NCBI GenBank assembly: GCA_020634855.1
Contig: JACKAU010000008.1
Location: 360,503-384,502, forward strand
Direction of reading: 5' to 3'
Source of the DNA: Anaerolineales bacterium
Lineage (GTDB): Bacteria > Chloroflexota > Anaerolineae > 4572-78 > J111
Length of the DNA stretch: 24,000 nt
The position numbers were made by a program, and so were the translations under genes. The notes beneath the pieces are model-generated. The model searched no databases. It worked only from the letters and a program-made list of their open reading frames with translations, and had not been told where the DNA came from. Each line of letters starts with the position of its first letter. Positions within the stretch are counted from its first letter, which is position 1. This document shows positions 8,450 through 15,573 of the stretch, one piece after another.

Positions 8450-8545
8450 CATGTCATTTCGGAACTGAAGGCAAAAAAATCCCTGAGATGGCTGTTGGCC
8501 AAGTAACTCCGCAGGGATTTCTCGCTATTTACTCGAAATGACATG
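8450..8545. repeat. 96-bp nested inverted-repeat element (structured RNA or MITE-like)
   Basis: Outer 12-bp perfect arms are CATGTCATTTCG (8450-8461) and CGAAATGACATG (8534-8545). Inner 9-bp arms are AAATCCCTG (8477-8485) and CAGGGATTT (8512-8520). The palindrome TTGGCCAA (8495-8502) sits in the apical loop. Confidence 0.6.
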
Positions 8546-8560
8546 ATGTGGGCGGCCGCC

Positions 8561-8806
8561 AATCACCTGTCCCGACTAGTAGGAAGCCCTCATTGAGCGC
8601 CAATCACCTGTCCCGGCTAGTAGGAAGCCTTCATTGGCCGCAAATCACCTATCCCGACTAGTAGGAAGCCCTCATTGGCCGCAAATCACCTGTCCCGGCT
8701 AGTAGGAAGCCCTCATTGGCCGCAAATCACCTGTCCCTGCTAGTAGGAAGCCTTCATTGGCCGCAAATCACCTATCCCGGCTAGTCGGAAGCCTTCATTG
8801 GCAATC
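8561..8806. repeat. tandem direct-repeat array, 6 x 41 bp, head to tail with no spacers
   Basis: AATCACCT unit starts at 8561, 8602, 8643, 8684, 8725 and 8766. Consensus is AATCACCTGTCCCGGCTAGTAGGAAGCCYTCATTGGCCGCA. Only 4-5 variable columns are seen. A 10-bp palindrome GGCGGCCGCC (8551-8560) precedes the array. Confidence 0.95.
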
Positions 8807-8810
8807 GATG

Positions 8811-8830
8811 TCAAGACCTCATAGGTTCTG
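8811..8830. repeat. solo copy of dispersed repeat family AGACCTYATAGGTTT
   Basis: TCAAGACCTCATAGGTT (8811-8827) is identical to 11511-11527. Confidence 0.7.
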
Positions 8831-8985
8831 TTGTGGTTTTAGAAATTAATGTTGCTGCGGCCAGGTTGTTTTGTCCATACATCGCTCCTATATTGAGGAG
8901 GACAGATCGCTGATTTGTCCGGGGTGGGAACAAGTCAGCGACTTGTGCTACGGATGCTGTCACCGCACCGCTTGACCGAACCGCT

Positions 8986-11334
8986 TTATTGGAGACGGTC
9001 TTTGATAGGTCTGCTCGACCACCCGAACCAGTTGCGCAAACCAAATTTAACCAAGTCATGACTTTTGACCATAATCACGGTCGTCAGCGCCTCTTCGGCG
9101 ACGCGCTGCGGAATAGACCCAAACAAGGATTGCTCCAACAGCCCCTCCTTGGTAGCCCCGATGATAATCTGGTCAAAGCTGGCGGCTTCATCCAAAATAC
9201 CGCGAACAATATCATCGGCCTGCCTTAAGCGTAATTCAAGAGGCAAGGTATCGATGTCAAACTCGTGGATCAATGCCTGGCGGCGCTGTTCCAGGCTGTC
9301 GCCGTTGGCCCCATCCAGGATAAGATTGAGGGCGACCACCTCGGGTCGTTTGCCGTCGCGCTGCTCATAAGCATCGGCCTGGGTGACCGCTAATTCCAGC
9401 GCCAGCCGGGTATTCGGCCCGCCGGCGACCGGCACCAAGATGTGGGCGGGCGGCCCGGTTCGCCGGATGCGCACCACGGCCAGATCGCAAGGCGGGTTCT
9501 TGGCCATCAAATCGATGATCGTTCCGAAGGCTTCTTCCTTTTGGTGCGGAATGTGAGCCGGCCAACCCAGGACCATCAAATCGGTTCGGCGCTCACGGGC
9601 GACGCTGATGATCGAGTCGCCCACATTGCGCCCCAGGCGCAGCATAGACCTGACCGGTACGTGATAATCTTGAACAATGTCGCTGATTTCTTCCAGAAGC
9701 GGCCGGCCCTGCCGCAAAAAGGTCCGACCATCATTGATGCCAATCTGGCGGGGTACGCGGATGACATGCAGGGCAAACAGCTCGCCGTGGTTGGCTTGAG
9801 CCACCAGCGCCCCCAACTGGGCTAACGGGCGGGCGGCGGCCACGTTGGCCACGGGCAGCAAGACGGAATAATCGCGGGCCACGACGGTCTCTTCATACAA
9901 GACCGTGTCTTCGGTTTTGCTGGCCTCTTGCACCGCGCCGTGCTGCCGATACACGAATATCCCCAACAGCAGCCAGAAGATGGTCACCACCCAGGCCAGC
10001 GGGCTTAGTTGAAACAGCTCAACGGCCAGAACCAACATCACGGCGATACTAAAATATTGCAGCCAGGGGACAAACGGCGCCCGGAACGGCCGGGGCAGAT
10101 TAGGGTGCGTCTTGCGCATCCGAATCAGGGCGATGTTGACCATCAGGAAGAGTAACAAAAAGGTAATCGACGCTCCGGACGCCACATCTTCGATGGGCAG
10201 CCAGATGGCCATAAAGATGATCAGCAGGCCGCTAAGCCAAATGGCCCAGTGCGGCGTTTTATTGCGGGGGTGAATGCGGCCAAAGACGGCCGGTAAATCG
10301 CGGTCGCGCCCCATGGCAAACGAGACCCGGCTGCTGGAGTAGACGGTGGCGTTCAAGGCCGACATCGTCGAGGCCAACCCGCCCAGGATCATAATCAGCG
10401 CGCCATACGGCATAATGGACCGGGCTGTTTCGATCATCGCCCGTTCGCCGTTTTCGCCCAAATAGACCCAGTTGGGCAGCCCGGTATCTTGTTGGAGCGC
10501 GCCGATCGAGACAAAGGCCACCGCCAGATAAACCACCACCACAATGGCGATGGCCAGGAAGATAGCCCAGGGAATATTGCGGCCGGGTTCCTTCACTTCT
10601 TCACCGCTCTGAGCAATGATTTCGTAGCCTTCAAAGGCTACAAAGGTCAGGCCCATAGCCAAAATCACCCCGCCGATACCGTGGGCCAGTGGACTGGGAT
10701 CGTTCAAGAAATTATCGCCCCAGTTGGGGATGTTGCGCATGGCCAGCAGACCAAACAGTACCAACAGGCCCAGCACCACAATCTTGAAGACCGTAATAAT
10801 GTTACCCACCAGGCCCGTTTCTGATGAACCCCGCACGTTGATCAGGATAAACGTCAGCGCCACCAGCGCCGCCAACAACTTTACGGCCAACGCTTCCCCG
10901 CTCAGGCCCAGAGCTATCGCCTCATCGCCAAACTCCAGACCGGCCAATTCGATCAGCTCGATGAAGAAGGTGCCAAACAGAACGGCGTACAGGCTGCACG
11001 CCACCGAGTGGGAAAACCACGACACCCAGCCGGCGTAGAAGCCAAAGATCCGGGCCAGCCCTTCTTTGACCCAAGCGTAACCGCCCCCGGCCTGCGGGAA
11101 GGCCGCCCCTAATTCGGCATAGGTTAAGCCGGTCAGGCTGGTGACCAGCCCATTGAGAAAGAAGGCCAGCAGCAAGCCCACCGGCCCGGCCTCCCCGGCG
11201 GCGATACCGGTCAGGCCGAAGATGCCCGCCCCGATCATCGCCCCCACTCCGATCATGGTCACATCGAATAAGCCCAGGTTTCGGCTAAGCGAAACCTGAA
11301 ACCGTTTTGAAGTTGTTTCTTCAGACATCGTCAT
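8986..11334 (-). CDS. APC-superfamily amino-acid permease fused to two C-terminal universal-stress-protein (Usp) domains
   Basis: The N-terminal ~480 aa are polytopic and hydrophobic, with a GVGAMIGAGIFGLTG motif. The C-terminal ~300 aa contain two Usp-like units (VLLPVANVAAARP... and ILVPVAGGPNTRLALELA...). The track ORF begins at 11388, but ATG 11334 (MTMSEE) follows GGAGA by 9 nt, so I prefer it. Confidence 0.85.
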   Translation of the reverse strand: MTMSEETTSKRFQVSLSRNLGLFDVTMIGVGAMIGAGIFGLTGIAAGEAGPVGLLLAFFLNGLVTSLTGLTYAELGAAFPQAGGGYAWVKEGLARIFGFYAGWVSWFSHSVACSLYAVLFGTFFIELIELAGLEFGDEAIALGLSGEALAVKLLAALVALTFILINVRGSSETGLVGNIITVFKIVVLGLLVLFGLLAMRNIPNWGDNFLNDPSPLAHGIGGVILAMGLTFVAFEGYEIIAQSGEEVKEPGRNIPWAIFLAIAIVVVVYLAVAFVSIGALQQDTGLPNWVYLGENGERAMIETARSIMPYGALIMILGGLASTMSALNATVYSSSRVSFAMGRDRDLPAVFGRIHPRNKTPHWAIWLSGLLIIFMAIWLPIEDVASGASITFLLLFLMVNIALIRMRKTHPNLPRPFRAPFVPWLQYFSIAVMLVLAVELFQLSPLAWVVTIFWLLLGIFVYRQHGAVQEASKTEDTVLYEETVVARDYSVLLPVANVAAARPLAQLGALVAQANHGELFALHVIRVPRQIGINDGRTFLRQGRPLLEEISDIVQDYHVPVRSMLRLGRNVGDSIISVARERRTDLMVLGWPAHIPHQKEEAFGTIIDLMAKNPPCDLAVVRIRRTGPPAHILVPVAGGPNTRLALELAVTQADAYEQRDGKRPEVVALNLILDGANGDSLEQRRQALIHEFDIDTLPLELRLRQADDIVRGILDEAASFDQIIIGATKEGLLEQSLFGSIPQRVAEEALTTVIMVKSHDLVKFGLRNWFGWSSRPIKDRLQ

Positions 11335-11445
11335 AGGTGTGTATCTCCATTTTTGGCTTGGTGCGGTCCGGTTGTCCGAAACCGGCATGTTTGGGGAATG
11401 GCAGCGCCGTGATGACCGCGGTCACGGTCGATTGACGCTGAAGAG

Positions 11446-11474
11446 ATGATAAACCAAGAGGGGTAAATCATCAA
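11446..11474 (-). promoter_or_regulatory. candidate sigma70-like promoter for the permease-Usp gene
   Basis: The minus strand reads TTGATG (plus 11469-11474), a 17-nt spacer, then TATCAT (plus 11446-11451). This predicts a leader of about 105 nt containing two short hairpins. Confidence 0.3.
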
Positions 11475-11512
11475 GTCCCACTCTCGGCGACATTGTGCTT
11501 ACGGAAAGTCTC

Positions 11513-11547
11513 AAGACCTCATAGGTTTTGGAAACCTATGAGGTCTT
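11513..11547. repeat. perfect 16-bp-stem palindrome of the AGACCTYATAGGTTT family
   Basis: AAGACCTCATAGGTTT (11513-11528), TGG, then AAACCTATGAGGTCTT (11532-11547). Confidence 0.9.
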
Positions 11548-11683
11548 ACCGCTTCGGCAACGGGGGCGGATGGCGGCGGTATTGTAGGGCATGGCGGGGT
11601 TCTCCCTGTCTCCTATCTGCTTCTCCAGCAGTCACAAGCCATTTGCTGTTTCAAGCTGGGCAACGTACGCAGCTCTCTACTGA

Positions 11684-11740
11684 CAAACTCGCATTACACC
11701 ACGTCAAAGCCCTGTTCTCAGCCGGTGTAATGCGAGTTTG
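11684..11740. repeat. 17-bp perfect inverted repeat with 23-nt loop
   Basis: CAAACTCGCATTACACC (11684-11700) pairs with GGTGTAATGCGAGTTTG (11724-11740). Confidence 0.85.
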
Positions 11741-11761
11741 ACCGGGGCAAAGTATTAGTTT

Positions 11762-11792
11762 CACCCGGTCAAAGCAATACTTTGACCGGGTG
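11762..11792. repeat. 13-bp perfect hairpin with 5-nt loop
   Basis: CACCCGGTCAAAG (11762-11774), CAATA, then CTTTGACCGGGTG (11780-11792). A competing upstream partner TTTGACCGGG lies at 11737-11746. Confidence 0.85.
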
Positions 11793-11853
11793 GACTCGGC
11801 TGGGTTTCGCTATGGTGTTGGCTATAGGCTCAACTCAACCTACAACTACCATA

Positions 11854-11950
11854 AGACCTTATAGGTTTCCAAATGGCCTTTGAGACAACGCAATTTTCCA
11901 ATTGGAATAGGAGCATTATGGAAATTAGCACTCAGAAACCTATAAGGTCT
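11854..11950. repeat. 97-bp MITE-like element bounded by 16-bp perfect inverted repeats of the AGACCTYATAGGTTT family
   Basis: AGACCTTATAGGTTTC (11854-11869) pairs with GAAACCTATAAGGTCT (11935-11950). The 65-nt core contains the 12-bp palindrome TTCCAATTGGAA (11896-11907). Confidence 0.6.
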
Positions 11951-11964
11951 GGCCTCAGTCTCCG

Positions 11965-12729
11965 CTACGCCAACAACTGATACCCGCCATCAATGGTAAT
12001 CGTCTGGCCGACGATCATGGTGTTGGCTTCGGAGCAGAGGAAGGCGACGGTGCGGGCGATGTCTTCGGGGGTAACTAAGCGGCCGGCCGGGGTGCGTTCG
12101 GTGGCGATGTGGATGATGGCTTGCAGATCAACGGGGAAGGCGTTGATGGCGTCGGTCTCGACCAGACCGGGCGAGAGGGCGTTGACAATGATACCCTTGG
12201 GGGCCAACTCGACGGCCAGGTAGCGGGTCAGCGACTCGACCACGGCTTTGGACAGGCCGATGGCGACATAGTGCGGCAGCACGCGCCGGCTACCGGGGCT
12301 GCTGATGGTCACAATGCGGCCCCAGTGGTGGCGATCCATCAATGGTATGATGCGTTGGATGCAGTGCAAAATCGAGCGGGCGTTGACGTCCATGGTCCAG
12401 TCCCAATGCCGGTCGGTTAACTCCAGCGCGTCTTTGGGCGTGCCGGTGGCAGCGTTGCCGATAAAGATATCGCAGCGACCAAAGGTCTCATCGACCGTTT
12501 CGAATAGTTGGTTGACTTTGTCGATATCGGCCAGGTTGGCGCTGACGGCGATGGCTTGGCGGCCCATCCCTTCGATTTCGGTTACGACCTCGTTGGCCGC
12601 ATGTTTTTTGCGCAGGTAGTGAACCACGATGTCGGCCCCTTGCCGGGCCAACTCCAGGGCAATGGCCCGCCCGATACCTCGGGACGAACCGGTGATGAGA
12701 GCAACTTTGTTTGCAAAGGGTAAATTCAT
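11965..12729 (-). CDS. fabL: classical SDR oxidoreductase, FabL-like enoyl-ACP reductase (NADPH)
   Basis: 254 aa with cofactor motif ITGSSRGIGRAIA. The stretches ETFGRCDIFIGNAATG, RHWDWTMDVNARS and LTRYLAVELAPKGIIVNALSPG closely resemble my recollection of Bacillus subtilis FabL. That recollection was not checked by alignment. Confidence 0.6.
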   Translation of the reverse strand: MNLPFANKVALITGSSRGIGRAIALELARQGADIVVHYLRKKHAANEVVTEIEGMGRQAIAVSANLADIDKVNQLFETVDETFGRCDIFIGNAATGTPKDALELTDRHWDWTMDVNARSILHCIQRIIPLMDRHHWGRIVTISSPGSRRVLPHYVAIGLSKAVVESLTRYLAVELAPKGIIVNALSPGLVETDAINAFPVDLQAIIHIATERTPAGRLVTPEDIARTVAFLCSEANTMIVGQTITIDGGYQLLA

Positions 12730-12765
12730 AGCAGTTATAGGATCGAGGACTTATTAGCCTCAAGC

Positions 12766-12820
12766 TAGGGCGTAGGGCGTGGTGCGTATTGACCGCAGCA
12801 AAACTACGCCCTACGCCCTA
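12766..12820. repeat. 15-bp perfect inverted repeat between the pmm-like and fabL-like genes
   Basis: TAGGGCGTAGGGCGT (12766-12780) pairs with ACGCCCTACGCCCTA (12806-12820). Each arm is itself a tandem TAGGGCG heptamer. No U-tract follows on the minus strand. Confidence 0.8.
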
Positions 12821-12862
12821 CACGTTATTCATATTAAACCACGAGAAGAGACAGGTTCACCC

Positions 12863-14209
12863 CTAAGAGCGGATGATCTCCACTACCTGATCTCGCTTCT
12901 CTTCCATAAGCGCTTTCGATTTGGCTTCGAGGTTGAGGCGGAGGAGGGGTTCGGTGTTGGAGGGGCGGGCGTTGAAATGCCAGTCGTCGTACTCAACGGA
13001 GACGCCGTCTTGCCAGGAGATTTTGGCGTCGCTGAAGGTTTCGGCCAGCTCTTGCATCTTGGCTTTGGGATCGCCGCTGATGCGGGTGTTGATTTCGCCG
13101 GAGATGAAGTACTTGGCTTCCAGCGGCGCGAGCAACTCGGACAGCGACGCGTTCTTTTTGGAGAGCATCTCCATAATAATGAGCGACGGCACGATGCCGG
13201 AGTCGGCAAAGTAGAAATCTTTGAAGTAGTAGTGGCCGGTCACTTCGCCGCCGTAGACCGCGCCTTCATCGGCCATGCGGCGCTTGATAAAGGCGTGGCC
13301 GACGCGTTCCATCAGCGGGATGCCGCCCTTGGCTGTAATGAGGTCCGGTACGGCCCACGAGCCACGCACGTCGTAGACAATTTTAGCGCCGGGGTATTTC
13401 TCCAGGTAGTATTGGCCCATCAGCGCGGTCATAAAGTCGCCGGAGACGAACTCGCCCCGGTCGTCGATGGTGAAGAAGCGGTCGCCGTCGCCGTCAAAGG
13501 CGAAGCCGACATCGGCCCCTTCATCTTTGACCCGCTGCTGGAGTTCGGCCCGGTTTTCCGGCTGAAGCGGGTCGAGGCCGTGGTTGGGCAGGCTGCCGTC
13601 GGGGTCGAGGTACATGCCGGTCAAATCGACGGAAGGCAGGCGCTCGTACACTCGCTTGAGGATGGGACCGACCATGCCGTTGCCGGTGTCGGCGATGACT
13701 TTGAGCGGGCGCAGGTTTTCGCCGTCGATCAGGGTTAAGACCATGTTGACAAAGTCCTCGCTGAAGTCGATTTCAGTCATCGTCCCCTGGCGGGTGGGGG
13801 TGTCGTAAGCGTCATTTTCGACGATGCGGCGCAAATCCTGAATGCCTTCATCGCCGCTCAACAGTTGGGGCATTTTCTTGACCATCTTGAAGCCGCTGTA
13901 TTGGGCCGGGTTGTGCGAGGCCGTGACCATCATCCCGGCGTGGCCCAGGTTGGCGCAGGCGTAGTAGTACTGGTCGGTGCTGACCATGCCGATGTTGATG
14001 ACATCGGCGCCTTGTTTCATCAAGCCGCGGGTGACGGCATCGAATTGAGCCGGACTGGACAGGCGCATATCGCGCCCGACGATGACGGTATCCACTTTAA
14101 GAAACGAGGCAAAGGCGCGCCCAATGGCGTAGCCAACTTCCTCATTCAGGTCATCGGGGTAGATGCCTCGAATGTCATAAGCCTTAAAGATACCAGGGTT
14201 GACTTGCAT
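12863..14209 (-). CDS. phosphomannomutase / phosphoglucomutase (alpha-D-phosphohexomutase family)
   Basis: 448 aa with active-site TASHNPAQYSGFK, metal loop FDGDGDR and sugar loop GGEVTGH. GAGGAGGAAC lies upstream of the ATG at 14207-14209. Confidence 0.92.
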   Translation of the reverse strand: MQVNPGIFKAYDIRGIYPDDLNEEVGYAIGRAFASFLKVDTVIVGRDMRLSSPAQFDAVTRGLMKQGADVINIGMVSTDQYYYACANLGHAGMMVTASHNPAQYSGFKMVKKMPQLLSGDEGIQDLRRIVENDAYDTPTRQGTMTEIDFSEDFVNMVLTLIDGENLRPLKVIADTGNGMVGPILKRVYERLPSVDLTGMYLDPDGSLPNHGLDPLQPENRAELQQRVKDEGADVGFAFDGDGDRFFTIDDRGEFVSGDFMTALMGQYYLEKYPGAKIVYDVRGSWAVPDLITAKGGIPLMERVGHAFIKRRMADEGAVYGGEVTGHYYFKDFYFADSGIVPSLIIMEMLSKKNASLSELLAPLEAKYFISGEINTRISGDPKAKMQELAETFSDAKISWQDGVSVEYDDWHFNARPSNTEPLLRLNLEAKSKALMEEKRDQVVEIIRS

Positions 14210-14355
14210 GAGTTCCTCCTCATAAATATTGACTTAGTTCGACTGATTGTTAGGTTGTAGGCGTTGTCCAAGAATAACGGCGCCCCTTTTGGGCAGATGA
14301 TAGGTGCCTGGACAAACCCATAGGTTTACGTTGAAGATATAGCTTTGGCCCTCAG

Positions 14356-14384
14356 ATTGTACCCCACGCGGCTGTATTGCACAA
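14356..14384 (-). promoter_or_regulatory. candidate promoter for the phosphohexomutase gene
   Basis: The minus strand reads TTGTGC (plus 14379-14384), a 17-nt spacer, then TACAAT (plus 14356-14361). Pattern match only. Confidence 0.25.
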
Positions 14385-14545
14385 GCGGCTTAAGTAGACC
14401 GCCGACTGATGACCGCTGACCGCCGATGGGAGTAACTAGGGAATGGAGATAGGAGATTAGAGAGGGGGAGATTGTCCTTAGAAATCGTCTAATCGCCTTA
14501 TCTCCCCATCTCCGTTTTGAGCATTGTGAATGTTTTTGATGGATG

Positions 14546-14727
14546 TTAACTAAACACATCCAGGTCGCGGCTGTAGACGACCGGGCCGTTGTAGCGGCTG
14601 GTCAAGCCGGCCAGCAGGTCCTCGATGGTGTGGTCGTCCCAGATTAACTGGTGGTTGAGGATGAGCAGCTTGGGGCGGGTATCGGCTGAATGGACGAGTA
14701 TACTACCGCTTTTCCTGCCCGCGAATC
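14546..14727 (-). pseudogene. C-terminal remnant of a metallo-beta-lactamase-fold hydrolase gene
   Basis: The frame reads ...SILVHSADTRPKLLILNHQLIWDDHTIEDLLAGLTSRYNGPVVYSRDLDVFS*. This resembles the last strand-helix-strand of MBL-fold proteins (xxLxLxH ... G.V..A.D). There is no ATG/GTG/TTG start between the lactonase stop (14728-14730) and this segment. The upstream part of the 105-aa track ORF is out of frame inside the lactonase gene. Confidence 0.45.
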
Positions 14728-15573
14728 TTAACCCAGGCGATAAAAACGCGCGGCGTTGTGGCTGAAGATATGGGCCTGGTCTTGGGGCGAGAGGTGACTC
14801 ACGGCCCGGATGGCCGTTTGAACCCATTGCTGGTACGTTGCGGCCAGTTCGACGACCGGCCAATCACTGCCAAACATGACACGGTCACAGCCAAATACCG
14901 TCAGAACGTGGTCGATATAAGGCTTTAACGCTTCAGGACGCCACACCGACCAATCCGCTTCGGTGACCAGCCCCGATAACTTGCACGCCACGTGGGCGTT
15001 TTCAGTTAATCGAGTCAAGTCGGTCTGCCAGGGTTCCTGGCTGTTCTCTTTGATATTCGGCTTCCCACAATGATCCAACACAAACGATACGTCCGGACAG
15101 GCGGCGACCAGTTGCCGCACCTCGGCTAATTGGTGGTGGATGATACAAATATCGAAGCTGAAGTTAAATTCGGCCAAGCGCCGCACGCCCCGGATAAAAT
15201 TCGGCCGGACGGCAAACCCCGGACCCTCTGATTGAATGAGCCGGCGAACGCCCTTGACCAGGGGGAAGCGGGCCAACTGTTCAAGATAAGCCGGCATCTC
15301 AGCCTCATGTTCCAGAGGCGCGAAGGCGACAATCGCCTGAATCCGAGGCTCGTTTTGGGCCAGTTCACTGACCCAGGCCACTTCTTTTAAGCCCTCCTCC
15401 GGGGCGCAGTCGGCTTGGACAAATACAATTTGCTGTAGGTCAAGTCCGGCGGCGGCCTGGCTCAACTCCGCCGGTTGGTGAGGGCGGTTGATGGCCGGCC
15501 GATCGGCCAGCCACTCGTACCGTAAGTGGGCGGGCTGCCAGAAATGGACGTGGCTGTCAATGATGGCCGGCAT
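14728..15573 (-). CDS. amidohydrolase_2-family lactonase, L-fucono-1,5-lactonase-like
   Basis: 281 aa with IIDSHVHFW at the N-terminus, plus VLDHCGKP and FGSDWPV motifs. Its start overlaps the fuconate dehydratase stop by 17 nt, suggesting translational coupling. Confidence 0.8.
   Translation of the reverse strand: MPAIIDSHVHFWQPAHLRYEWLADRPAINRPHQPAELSQAAAGLDLQQIVFVQADCAPEEGLKEVAWVSELAQNEPRIQAIVAFAPLEHEAEMPAYLEQLARFPLVKGVRRLIQSEGPGFAVRPNFIRGVRRLAEFNFSFDICIIHHQLAEVRQLVAACPDVSFVLDHCGKPNIKENSQEPWQTDLTRLTENAHVACKLSGLVTEADWSVWRPEALKPYIDHVLTVFGCDRVMFGSDWPVVELAATYQQWVQTAIRAVSHLSPQDQAHIFSHNAARFYRLG

Noticed and set aside
8416-8544. 42-codon minus-strand ORF inside the nested inverted repeat
   Set aside because: Its start lies in one IR arm with no SD. 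Its reading frame is a by-product of the IR symmetry, and there is no independent support.
8561-8806. The tandem array could be a CRISPR locus
   Set aside because: The units abut directly with a fixed 41-bp period and no unique spacers. No cas genes or leader are present.
8908-8940. Hairpin CGCTGATTTGT / ACAAGTCAGCG could be the intrinsic terminator of the permease gene
   Set aside because: On the minus (sense) strand the stem has an A-C mismatch and is not followed by a U-tract. The evidence is too weak to call a terminator.
8811-9059. 82-aa minus-strand ORF spanning the 3' end of the permease gene
   Set aside because: It starts inside the permease-Usp gene in another frame and runs into non-coding repeats. 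It has no SD and no recognisable domain.
11493-11741. 82-aa plus-strand ORF in the hairpin-rich spacer
   Set aside because: Its sequence is dictated by the palindromes it crosses. It is Arg/Trp/Gly-rich and has no SD.
14326-14559. 77-aa minus-strand ORF upstream of the phosphohexomutase gene
   Set aside because: It has no SD and a low-complexity sequence, and it overlaps short-repeat clusters. The region is more likely non-coding.
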